This document shows, one piece after another, positions 12,077-23,887 of a stretch of DNA of 64,000 nucleotides (its first letter is position 1; each line of letters starts with the position of its first letter). Source of the DNA: Curvularia clavata (taxonomy: Eukaryota); NCBI GenBank assembly GCA_023920165.1, contig CP089274.1, forward strand, positions 4,216,001 to 4,280,000, written 5' to 3'. The position numbers were made by a program, and so were the translations under genes. The notes under the pieces were generated by a model. It did no database searches, was not told the origin of the DNA, and saw nothing but the letters and a program-made list of their open reading frames with translations.

Positions 12077-12515
12077 ATGGATAAGGCTAGTCAAGTGTTT
12101 GCGGAGGGTCTCCCACCTGCCGTACCCACTTCTCATCGTGCTCTTACAAACTATCGCGAGGTTCCTCGCTCTACTCTCCATACCTGTGCCTAACGCTACC
12201 TCTCGATAGAAGAGAAGGCTTTAAATCAACAGTATCTCAGCCCCTAGGAAGAGGACGCGCTAGTCAAGTTCCTCCTATAGATTTCTGATCTAGGGCAGCC
12301 CGTACGGATTAAGTTTATACCCCTCCTCGTCTTCTACGTTACCCGCAAGCGATCTGAGCGAGCCCGACTACTAAAGCTACTAAATAAAAACTAGGCGCGC
12401 GCCTTCAAGAAACGCCATCTAGACATGCAAGTGCGAAGGATTACAGCACTAGACTAAAACTACCACGAGAAGAACCTGTATTGGAAGATGTCCTACTGGT
12501 CTGAGGTAGTAGGTG
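12077..12515 (+). pseudogene. RIP-mutated N-terminal part (HTH/CENP-B region) of a Fot1/pogo transposase
   Basis: Reads MDKASQVFAEG..VPRSTLH..SIEEKALNQQYLSP*EEDALVKFLL*ISDLGQPVRIKFIP..KN*ARAFKKRH..ALD*N. Stops fall mostly at expected Trp/Gln codons. No DDE domain follows. Confidence 0.85.
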
Positions 12516-12714
12516 TTATGGGCGGAGAGGCCTAACTAATGAGTATGCATTCGTCTATTGTATAGAAGAAGAAAGATATAGAAGAAAAAGAAATACCCAG
12601 TACGAGCATCTCTTTTACGCTTCGTGTCTTCTAGTCCTCCCGCTCTAGTTGTATAGGAGACTAGCTAGTGTACTTATCTAGTCACGTAGCGAAGGCACGT
12701 GACTCTCTCGAGTA

Positions 12715-13101
12715 GTGAACACAGGCGTCTGGGGTGCCCAATATGGCCAAGAAGCGACGGCGTGGAAGTCACTAAAAGAAAATGCCAATATACAAGGTAC
12801 AGATAGCTGTGAAGATAAGAAACCGCTATTCTTAGCGGCGAAGAATGGGCAAAGGAAGTTGGTAAAGCTACTGGTTGACAATGGCGCCGACGTTAACGCG
12901 CAAAGTGGACCGTACGGCAACGCACTGCCGGCAGCTTCAGAGGGAGGCCACGAGCAGGTGGTCAAGATGCTGCTTGACGCCGGCGCCGACGTTAACGCCC
13001 AGGGCGGATTCTACGGTAATGCACTGTCGGCAGCTTCAGGGATTGGCCACGAGCAGGTTGCCAAGATACTGCTCGACGCAGGTGCTCATTCACAGTCCTA
13101 G
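12715..13101 (+). pseudogene. Ankyrin-repeat gene fragment (NLR/NACHT-ANK C-terminal type) inside the transposon
   Basis: GADVNAQ.G.YGNAL.AAS..GHEQV.K.LLDAGA twice, as 99-bp DNA repeats at 12883 and 12982. No ATG start and no upstream NACHT domain. Confidence 0.75.
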
Positions 13102-14016
13102 TTAATAGCTTTACTAAGGTACGCAGTGCGCATCTTGAGTTATCTGTCTCGGGACATGGTGTGTCTCGTCGCTTAGGGACGCACATTAGATGGGCTAGGA
13201 GGAACGGGCTGCGCCAGAATACTGGCTGTATCCATGGTGGCGAACGTGTTCGCGATGAAGAGTCGATTGACGACCTCGACGAAACAATTTATAGCCAAGC
13301 CAACACTCTATTAATTGCTGTTCGAGATGAGTTGATTTAATGAATAGTAATTGGTCAATCTTTAAGTTTTGTCTGTATCTCTTTGGATTTAATAGGAAGC
13401 ATGTCTGGACGTCCGGAGCGTAAACCTGTCTCGCGATACAGTATGCCTCTGCACTTAGGGACGCACCTTAAATACGTTGACTTGCACCCTTTGAGAGGTT
13501 GCTAGCACGCGCTACAGCTATCTTTAGTACCTAAGCGCCATAGGCATAGCGCCGAATTTGTTACGATAGTATATGGCGATATCTAAGTACGCTACTATGT
13601 AATACTACTGTATGTTAAGTGCTGCTAACAGCGCACGTCCTCTAGGACAGGTTTTGACAATCTTGCTATCTACGCGGAGAAACTGCTGGAAGGTGCCTAT
13701 ATTACTCTAAGTTAATCTTGCGTAGTAGTAGTCTTAATCTTTACGTTTTTAGCTTTCTCTGTAGCTTACCGAGTTTTCCGCAAATATATACTGTCGAAAG
13801 TAGACAAACATATGTTAGAGAAAAGTCTAGAGATAACGTTAATAGGGCGAGCAACAGCACGGTCGATAATACATTGTTTAGCGTCGGAGACTGACGTGCT
13901 AAGAGAGTAAGACCTGTAGAATAGATATACGTTATTATTATTGTATTTAAGAACGCTTAGGGTCCGGAAGAAAAGGGTCCCGTTACACCATGCGTAACGG
14001 CACGCTTGAATCGACG

Positions 14017-15677
14017 TTATGTGCTCCGTTTTCCCATTTCCACATCCACATCACCCCCTTCTCCGTCATCGTCCCACTCGGCTCCCTTCAGACGTTTACC
14101 TAGCCAGATCCCCAAAGCTGTAGCGGCACTTGCAGTCAGGAACCAGCCTTCAAACCATCTCTCAGTAAACCCCGGTTCTAATGGTGCGCCCAGTGCATCA
14201 CCTATCTTGCTCTTCATCTCAGGCGGTAGATTGCTGCGGAGTAACAACGCCGAGCTGATGACATAAGTTGCTGCAATCTGAGATATGATGAGGGCAAAGT
14301 TGGTCTTTGTGTGATGCAACAGACCAGGTACAACTTTTGCAAAGAGGAAGAATGTTTGGAAGACGCTGTTGAAAGAAAGAAGAAGCATAACACCAGATAG
14401 CAGAAAAGAGATGGTACGACTCCATGCCACTCGATCAATGGTCGGATCCCAATGCTTCGCTAGGAGCGCAAGGACATTGTTGATAGGATCGCTGCTTGAG
14501 AAGCTTGCATTGGGAGAAGAGAGACGACGAAGAGTAGTAATGGACGTGGCGACAATGCGATACGCACAGTAGATTGCAAAGATGTAGGAGAACATGCTCA
14601 GCAGTCGTCCATACGCAGTGTGTGCACGTAGCTGTGACTGTCGCCGATTCTGGAGGATAGTCATGGAGTTCTGGAGGGAATGGCGCATCGTTTCCAAGCC
14701 TTGAATCTCCAGCTGCAAGGTGGTTCGTTCTTGGACATCTGGATTCCCGCGAATTGATCCCACCACCCGACCCATGAAGCCTTGCTGTGGGTTCTCGGAT
14801 AGTTTACGTTCCAGTGCACGGAGCCGGCTTTCTTTGGTTAGGAGCATGTCATTCGTCGCCTGAATGCCAGCTTGTTTGCGTGCAATATCTGATTCTGTGA
14901 CCTGTGGTTGTTAATCTTCCTGGAATTGACCTGGTCGAGTGGGCAAATACTAACAGGCCGATACTTGACACCAAATGTTTGCCAAAGCGCAGATATGGCG
15001 GCAAAGCCAGCTAGAGAAGCCATCAAGCTGATACCAATGATGCCTATTCTCTCGAGACAACCCTCGCTAAAGGTATGATGGTGCTCAGAAGCTTCATGCA
15101 GGTATGAGCCTAGCAGCCCGCGTCCCAGATACCAGAAGCCAGCCAGCCATACTGCGAGTCCAAAAAGCTCCAATGCCCAAGCTGCCCTGCGGCGCGCCGA
15201 ATGTTCTCCGCTAAAGGTCAAACCAGTGCCTGATATGATGGAGTGTATCTCGAAAGCTGGTGTCGCGATGACAAGGAGGAAGAGCAGCGACGGTAGTGTG
15301 ATCTTGAGGGCTAGAGTCCGGGTGGCGCGATGGATGGTATTCGAGATTTCGCAAAGGATCAGTTCTACGAGCACAGCTGAGAGGGCAAAATTGGCGGAGA
15401 AGATGATGCTCGCGAGCGAATTTGTCGTGGGGCGCACGCTCTTGAACAGAGACGCTCTGTCACGCTGCGCAACGCCGGCAAGATGTGGGCTCTCATAGTG
15501 GGACTTGCGATGGGCATTGCCCGACAGGATAGGGAAAAGTTTATGCGATACAACCGAGGCCACGACAAGAAAAGTAAGTATGAAGGGTGAGGCGGATATG
15601 GCGACACTCATGGGGCTCCGTTGGAGGGCGTAATCCGGCACGCACTCATCGCAATCGTCTACCGGGGGCGGGATCAT
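14017..15677 (-). CDS. GPR89: Golgi pH regulator / GPR89 (GPHR, ABA-GPCR domain) homolog; intron 14902-14954
   Basis: Multi-TM protein with LILCEI, RIGIIGISLMASLAGFAAIS, FAIYCAYR, DPINNVL, ISFLLSG and ATYVISSALLLRSNLP. The intron joins two ORFs in frame. Confidence 0.9.
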
Positions 15678-16080
15678 CGCAGCGGCGTAGGTGGAGGGTC
15701 GAGGAGGGGAGGGAGTCTGTGGAGGAGGGCGTGTACGCGTGTGTTACTGCCAGTTTGTTCTGGTTACGGGCGAGGCACGGACATCCATGGAGGAAGAGAG
15801 GTAACGTGCATATGTTTACACTGACAAGGCGTTTACGAGTTCCGGAGTGCACAGCGGAGGGACAGTCCGAGGCGCGGCAAGGCGAGAGGCGCCAGGAACG
15901 CGGACGGCCGTTGTGGCGCTTGCAGCCACACGAAACGTCATCACGACGATCCGACAGGGATGCGGGTGCTGCGTCCCCCACACGCCAATGCGCTAGAGTA
16001 TCAGAGGGCATTGCAGGTACTCTTGGAAATCAAAGGACGGCCGTGGTGACCGCAAACAATGATGGGTATTGCTGGTACAA

Positions 16081-17779
16081 CTATGTTTCTTCGGTCCCCT
16101 TCTCCACTCGTGCTGCATCCTCAGGCTTCTCCGGCCCCTCTGGCTGCGCTCGTTTAATCACACTGTCCACATACGACTTGGAGGTCTCTTGCGTCTCCGG
16201 GTCCCCGATGCTCACAACTTGAACCCCTTCATCTACCGCCGTTGTTCCTGTGTGGACTGAAGCTTCATCTACAGCAGTTGTTCCCGTGTGCGTGGAAGCT
16301 TCGTCTGCAGCAGTCGTTCCCATTTGAACTGAACCTGCATCTGCCGCAGTTGCTTCCGTCTGAATAGCAGCATCGCCCTGCTCGTCTTCGTCCTCGCTGC
16401 TGGATTGGCTGCTGAGCTCTGGGCTGTCGAGGTTCTGCAGATGTGGACTCTTCATCATAGGACCAGGGCTCCTTGGATCATCTCCAAGTAGCCCATCACT
16501 GTTGCCTGTCTCCAACTCCTCGTCACTGCTATCCTGCACATGTTCAACCTGTGCCAACGGGTGTGTTGTTTCCGCCACAAGCTTAGGCATGCCTCGGGCA
16601 GCTCCAATAGTCGCTGCCTCCTCCTCGTTCGGAAAGAAGGTATTGCGGGGGCTGTCGTATTCTGGGAGCCTTTCACTCTTTGCAAGAAGCTCTCGGTAAC
16701 CTTGCCGATCTGGGTCGTTTGTGCGCTTGTTCTTCGCCTTGTCGCGCTTAGATGTGGGACGCACAACGATGACGGGGACCGGCGAATGTTGCAGACAATA
16801 CTTGGACACACTCCCCGGAAGCAGTCCTTGAAAACCCCCCAAACTCTTTCCTCTTGTTCCAACTACTAGAATCGCAGGTTCGTAGAGATTGATCTGTGCC
16901 ACAGTGAGCCATAACCTACCCTACGCACTGAGATACTTACCATGTCATCGATGACTTTGTTGACCTTTCCTATGGAGAACTCCAGTATCAAATTGATCGC
17001 CTTGTTGTCGTGGTTGCGGCTTTGTATGTCTGCCATGGCATTCTCAGCCTCAACACGGTAACGGCCCGACTCCACACTGCGGTCTCCAGCAATTGCGTCT
17101 TCTTTCTCGACTACGCGCAGACATACAATCTCGTCGCCATCGTCGACTAGCTCGTTGATGAGCCACTGAAGCGCATACACAGAGTACTCGTTCTCGTCGA
17201 AACCGCACAGGAATGTTCGTGAGCGCTTCGTGTACTCGTAATCTTTGTGCTTCGCAATTAGTGTGAAGGAGCTCTCCTCTATGAAGTCGGCCGGCTTATC
17301 GAATGTGTCGAACGATACTCGGTTCTGGAAGACTCTAAATTCACTCGTCAGCTTGGGAATCTGGCAAGTCAGACGTGAAAGATTTAGTAGGCCTGAGCTC
17401 TGATTCGCAAAGAAAGCCGACGCCTTCTACATCCATGGCTGTGGCTGTTTCTTCTCGTTTTTCAGAGGTTGACAGTGACGCGAACAGAGTTCCAAAACTT
17501 GCACAAAATCTTGTTCATGCGAAATATCTCAAGGTATGGTACTTACGGTGGAGGCGGCGGCGACGATAGCCGGCGTCGCTCTCGAGGTCGCGGTGTACCT
17601 CTGGGTAAAGATGAATTCCTATGCGCGAGAAACTGTATCGTCGACGGTCGCCGTAATCCCTCGAGCGCAGGCTTCGCGCCGTTGGGAGCCTGCAGCGGGC
17701 TACTTGGCCAAGGGCCTGACGAGTTTCCAGGTGCTGGGGAGGCATGGCGGCCGTCGGTGGTCTTTGGGGAAGCGCTCAT
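16081..17779 (-). CDS. Universal stress protein (Usp) domain protein; introns 17335-17546 and 16894-16940
   Basis: Spliced product reads SPPPPPVFQNRVSFDTF..RSRTFLCGFDENEYSVYALQWLINELVDDGDEIVCLRV..LVVGTRGKSLGGFQGLLPGSVSKYCLQHSPVPVIVVRP. Confidence 0.88.
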
Positions 17780-18369
17780 GGTGGATTTAGAGAGACAAGC
17801 AGCAGAAAGCCTCCAAGTAGAGTGGAAGACTTTGGCCAAGCTCTACCGAAGGTCGCCCGGGGGCAGAGATCCCCACTGGCAATGCGCGCGTGCACTGGCA
17901 GGCAGATCTGCTGTGCGTCGGACGAGTGTTCTTGGCGCGGGGGAGTAGGTAGAGAGCTGCTCGCGGGGTAGTCGGGGATTAACGATCTTGTGGATTGGTC
18001 CTAGAGACGCTTCTGCACGCTTCGCATAGAGAGAGGTCGGTTAGCATGTAGAAGAGAGAGTAGTCGGCGTTCACGTGCGGCCTGCTCTGGCCCATTGACG
18101 GCGCGTGGTGATGTGTCGAGCCTTCCGCCACGACTTTCGGACCCTGGCTTATTATTGGAGAGATCCACTCCTCGGGCGCGTTTGGCGCATGTGAAGTCTA
18201 TGATATAACATGAACCACTGAAAAACACTTTTGGTGTCTTGACCCTCTAATCCATTATCAAAAACAACACGCAATCCACAGTCAAAGGCCACAGGCATTG
18301 CAGGCATAAATGTCATTACACTTTTCAAGTCCAAGTCTACATGTCTATCGATAATCGTGTGGGGAAGTC

Positions 18370-19809
18370 TTAGGCCAAGGCGCGGAGTTCGCCCTGAGAG
18401 AGCTTTGAAGCACCAACGAGACGCTGGGCCTCTTCCTGGAAGATCTCCTTGATCTTGGCAGCATCCTTGACGTTGTTCAGCTTGCCAGTCAATGTCGCCA
18501 ACTCCTCGTGGTCCAGCTTGGTAATGATGAGATCGACATCGGCCAGCGCAGCATCAACCTGAGATGCAGGCGCCTCGCCGTCAGCGTGGAAGTAGTTGGC
18601 GTCCTTAGCAGCGCCACGAACAACACGCTTGTTCTTCTTTGCCGCGTTCTTCGCAGCCTCCTTGGCCTTCTTCGAGTCGGCTTTGGCAGCCTTCTCAGCG
18701 GCTTCCTTCTCAGCTGCAGCCTTGGCCTCCTCAGCCTTCCTCTTCTCGGCCTCTTCAGCCTCACGCTTCTGAGCAGCCTCCTTTTCAAGTCGGCGCTTGT
18801 TCTTCTGAGCGTGCTCGGCCTGACGGAACTTCTTGATACGCTCGTCGAGAGCAAGACAGTCGTCGACCAAGCGCCTCAGACGAGCAGTATCCTCAGTCTT
18901 CTTCTTGCGACGAGCAGCTTGGTTCTTGCGCTCGACGTGACGCTTCTGGTCGCGGTTCTCGTTGTCGTCTGGCACATCCTCGTCGAGGTATTCGAACGAC
19001 CTCCAGCTGTCGAAGTTGTACCAGAAGTTGTAGAAGTGCTCAACCTCCTCCTTGGTGCTGTTCTCGTTGCCGAGCTTGGGTACCGGGTGCTGGTTGGAGA
19101 AGCGTCCCTCAGCCTCAAAGACCTTGCCCCAGAGTTTGTAGAAGTTGCCCTTTTGCGTCTCTTTCTTGGATGGTGGCTCAACCTCAGCAGCCTCATCAAC
19201 AGAGTCGAATTGCCTCCTCTTGACAGGGTCAGAAAGAACCTCGTGGGCCTTCTGGATGCACTTGAAGAACTGGTCGTCCTCGGTTCCGCCCTTGGCCGCC
19301 TTCTTATCGGGGTGGTGCTTAAGAACCTTCCTGCGGTGGGCGCGCTTGATCTGGTCGTCGGTTGCGCGCCATCGGTAGCGGGTTATGCCGAGCACGGCGT
19401 AGTGGTCTTGAGACTACATGGAATATTAGTCAAATGTATCCCGAGCGGCCATTGCTCTTCTCACCTTCCAGTCCTTGGCCTCACGCTGCAGCATCAGCGG
19501 GTCCTCGGGCTCGTCAATGTCATCGGGATCCTCCTCCTCGACGCTCTTGACGTTTGCCTGAGCCTGGATGCGGTCATCCTCGGAGAAAGTGCGCTTGTGA
19601 CGCTTCTTCACTTGGGAGTTAGTTGACAATTACTTGAGAGTCTGCTGCATTCAACATACTCTGCGGGCGTGGGCCAAAAAGTGTGGGCCAACAGGCTCAA
19701 TGTTGCGGTCGTTGGCCTCGCTCAGCTGGCCGATGGGCTTGAAGTCCTTCTCGGCAGCCCAACCCTCGGGCAGGACCGGGAGAGGAAGAGAAATCTCCAC
19801 GTTCGACAT
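18370..19809 (-). CDS. ZUO1: Zuotin (ribosome-associated J-domain chaperone); introns 19606-19659 and 19414-19464
   Basis: IEPVGPHFLAHARR, QDHYAVLG, HHPDK J-domain motif, FYNFWYNFDSWRSFEYLDEDVPDD and a charged linker. Confidence 0.97.
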
Positions 19810-20078
19810 TGCACAGGATGATTGCCGTTGTGATGGTCGTGGTGGTGGGGGAATCCAGGCTGCGGAAAGAAAAAGTTGGGATTCCGCATTCATGTGGCGC
19901 TAGTTTGCCGAACGCTGATCCTAGCGCATCGCCTGCATCCGATCCCAGCCCCAATCGACCCCAGAACGTGTCCGAATAGTGTCCATCTTCCTATGCTTCG
20001 GCGTCCAGCATTCAGTTCACAGGTTTCTTGGTTACCTTTTCTTTGATGTGTTACTATCTTTAGTAACACGATTTCATC

Positions 20079-23000
20079 ATGTTTCAGGTACTCGCACCTT
20101 CCCAGAACTCTTTCATCGTAGGGCTGACGGGAGACACAGCGCATTCGAGGGGCCATAGACGCGAGGATTGCAGAGGAACAGGCTCGACAGAAAGCCATTC
20201 AGCAGAACACACCTTCGCGATCCAACTCTACCACAGCACGGCGCTCCAATTCCCGTAACTTATCGCCCTCGAAACGGACCGCGAGATCCAGAGATGGCGA
20301 TAGCAGCAAGGCTGCGCCCGCTGGAAAGGGCCCTGATCCCTCCGAATTCGATCCCGATTTTGTCATAGGTGAGGACGATGACCAGCCTAGCCGGGCTGCC
20401 ACACCGCGGCCGAAAGAGAAGGCGCCAGCAGCTGATGCCGTCGGGGAGAATGGCGACGACAAGAAGGAGGAACCACAGGCCGTTCAAGGAGAAGGCGAGG
20501 CCGAAGCACCGGAGAAGGCAGAACAACCACCAGAAATCCCACCTGAAATCAAGTTGCGGCTTCGCAGACTGGACAAGTTGGAGCCTAAGTATACAGGTCA
20601 GTGGTACTCCGATCTGCCCCTTGGAATCCTAGTCCAGTCGCATATCGTGGCATAGAGACGCGGTAGCAGACTGCAAAGGGCGTATATACCCTTCAAGTCC
20701 ACCATGCCGTATCTCGCTTTCCAATCGCTTCACCCGCTTGTGCCTTTGAAGTTGGACCAATAGAGCACCCCAACTAACGTTGGATACAGAGTTACTTCGG
20801 TCGTACCGCATTGCGCATGCCAGAGTTGGCGCAATCGAAGCGTTCGAGAGCTCGCTGCGCGAATACACACCCTTGACTTCGATAAGTGATGCTAGCGCAT
20901 TTGTTGAATATCTGGGCCAACTCAATATCAAGAGCGACATGCTTATGGAAGAACTCAAGCGCGTGTCCAAGGAACGCGATGAGCTTAACAAGAAGCTCGA
21001 GGATGCTGAGAAACGCGCAAAGGAGGCCTCTGAGGAGGCAGAGGCACTGAGAACAAAATCGCAAACCAGTAGCGACGCTCAACAGGACGACACTACGCAA
21101 ACTGAGTCAACCACGCCTTCCTCACCCTCGAAAGCATCTAAGCAAACAGAGACGACTGAAGATACCGAAGACTTCTTCTCTTACGACAGCGAACTGCCTC
21201 GCGTGCAATCGCAATTGCAAGAGACTGAGGCGAAGGTCGAGAAGCTTGAAGAGGAGAACAAGTCGCTCAAAGACGAGCTTTCTACTGCACAGGAATCGGC
21301 TCAGTCATTTATGCAGAATCTGGAGACGACCACAAACGATCTGAATACGTTCAAGGATACCCACCAACGTCTGCAACGCGAGGCAGATGAGCGTGAAAAG
21401 GAGCTCAACAGCACCATTGAGGAGCTCAAATCAAAGGTTTCAAGCGCAGAGGAAGAACTTGGCAAGCACAAAAAATCACATGAAGAGAGCGAGAAGACCA
21501 TTGAGGAGCTCAAGAAGAAACTGGATTCTGCGACCAAGGAACTGGAAGAATTGCATGCTGAGAAGGGCGAGAAGATTGTAGAAGATGATCAGATCCAGGC
21601 TCTGGAACGGCGTATCGAGGAGTTGGACAAGGAACTTTCTGATTTGCGCGACAAGCATACGAAGAGTGAGAAGAAGAACGAGACCATGAGCAGCCTGCTT
21701 GACAAGGTTCGCGAGCAGCTCAAAACAGCCGAATCTAAGCGCGATAGTGCTTTGGCTGAGTTGGAGCAAGCCAAGAAAGATCTTGACAAGAAGAATTCCA
21801 CGAACACTGAGGCCAAACCAGCACCTATCAAGGTGGACCCGGCACCGCCATCTCCGTCAGTGCCACTTAGTGCGTCGGCGAAGAAGAGGAATCGCAACAA
21901 GAACAAGAAGAAGGGTGGAAAGGGGTCGGAAGCGACTGGAGCGGTAACGCCCGAGGCGACTCCAAGCGAAGCTGGTGACACAGATGGATTGCTCAGTCCC
22001 CGGGATGCAGAATTTTCGCCATCTCAACTAGAAGATGCGTTGAAGAACGTGACCCAGCTGAAATCTGAGCTGGAGGAAAAGACTGTGGAGATTGAGCGAC
22101 TGCAAAGTGAAGTTTCCGAGAAGGCGTCTTCGATAGAGCTCCTCAAGAAGAAGGCCAAAGATCAGGAAGATATGCAGGAAGAGATCGACACACTTCGACA
22201 GGATCTTTTGGACTACGGACTGGAGCATACAGAAGCCAAAGACAAGGTTAAGGAGCTGCAGGCGGAGAAGACGGCCTTGCAGGAGAACCTGAGCAAGCTC
22301 GAAAGCGAGATTGCGGAGCTCAAGACGGGCAAGGCAGCGCACGAGTCATCACAGAAGGAGAGAGAAGCACTTACTGCAGAGTTTGCGGAGCTCAAGTCCA
22401 AAGCTGAATCACTGCAGACAGACCTGTCGGTCGCAGAGAAGCTTGCCGCATCGCGCTTCAAAGATCTTACAGAGATGCGCGAGGTACTTCAGAAGGCACA
22501 GCCTGAGCTGACATCTCTGCGCAAAGAAGTTGCTGAGCTCCGGACCACCAAGGATGAACTAGCAACAAAGACAAGCGAAGTCCGGAAACTAGAAGGACGC
22601 GAGAAGGATCTTCGGTCAGAGATCAGCGAATACAAGTCTCAGCTATCGAGCAAAGAGAACGACATCAAGGCACTCAATGACAAGATTAAGCAAGAAACTA
22701 GCCAGAGACTTGCGCTGGAGGAAACGAACAAGAAGATCCAGCGAGATCTCAAAAACTCGGAAACGGAGCGCAAGGACGTAATTGAAGCACGAGAGAAACT
22801 GACAAAGGATCTGGCTAAAGCACAAGACGAGCTCAAAGCATCACGCAACAAGGTGCGCGACCTTGAGGAAGAGGTGGCCAAGATGACGCGCGAGGTATCC
22901 AGTCTACGGGACGATCTGCAGCTGAAGTCTGCTCAGTACGCGAGTGCGCAGGATCTGATGAACAGCATGCAAGACCAGACGCAAGAAATCAGCACGCAGA

Positions 23001-23887
23001 TGAAGGAAGTGCGGGCCAAGAGCGAGAGCCTGGAAGAAGAGCTGGCCGATGCGCATCGATTGCTGAGCGAGCGCGGGCGCGAGGCTGAGACGATGAGAAG
23101 ACTGCTGAACGACGCACAGGGACGGGCCGACACGCGGGTACGGGAGATGCAGGAGCGGCTTGACATTGCGATTGAAGAGCGCGAGCGGGCTGAGGAGCAG
23201 GCGAGTACCTTTAGCCGGCGGCGAGCTCGAGAGCTGGAGGAGCTGAAGCAGAAGGTGCGTGATGCGGAGCGTGCGCAGGCGCGCGCTGTAGAAGACAAGG
23301 AAGACCTTGTAGCATCTGAGAAGGAGCTCCGCAAGAAGATGGAAGAGCTCGAGAAGCGGGTAGCGCAAGCAACTGAAGAGGCTTCAGAGGCCAAGGCGGC
23401 TATGGGCCAGCTTCGAGATGCGCTGGACGAGAGCGAGAAGCAGGCGCACGAGCTGGAAAAGGAGAAGGGGGAGCTGCGACGGGCGTTTGACGAGATGCAG
23501 GGCCGGCTGGAGAAGCTGCAGAAGTCGAGCAAGGTACGTGATGGTGGCATGTCAGGTGATGGTAGTGTAGGATGCACTAACACGTTGCAGACCATGTCTG
23601 ACGAATTGCGGGCGGTCAAGGCACGCGTGTCCGACTCGCACGCCCAGTCATCACGATCCTCGATTGAGTCTTCACGGTCGCGGCTGGCATCACCGACGCC
23701 CAACAAGGGGGCTGGGGGTGCGGTTGCCGAGGCCATCGACTACGTGTACCTGAAGAACGTGCTGCTGCAGTTCCTGGAGCAGCGCGACAAGAAGTACCAG
23801 CAGCAACTAATTCCAGTGCTGGGGATGCTGCTGCACTTTGACAAACAGGACGAGCAGAAGTGGATGGCGGCGGTGTCGGCAAAGTAG
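20079..23887 (+). CDS. IMH1: GRIP-domain coiled-coil golgin (Imh1-like); introns 20088-20139, 20597-20789, 23534-23590
   Basis: Spliced N-terminus MFQRIRGAIDARIAEEQARQK, a long coiled coil, and C-terminal GRIP motif YVYLKNVLLQFLE...LIPVLGMLLHF. Confidence 0.9.

Larger units (their letters stand above)
11683..14017 (+). mobile_element. Degenerate Fot1/pogo-family DNA transposon (2335 bp), TA-flanked, imperfect TIRs, internally rearranged
   Basis: TIRs 11683-11723 and 13977-14017 match at 35/41 as reverse complements, with weaker similarity ~20 bp further in. TA at 11681-11682 and 14018-14019. A transposase relic lies inside and the interior is TpA-rich. Confidence 0.85.

Noticed and set aside
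11713..13987. TGTAACGG...CCGTTACA as LTR ends
   Set aside because: The inverted match extends 30 bp further out to TA-flanked A(C/T)GT termini and there is no 4-6-bp TSD, so these are DNA-transposon TIRs.
18508..19626. 372-aa plus-strand ORF
   Set aside because: Antisense shadow of the strongly codon-biased ZUO1.
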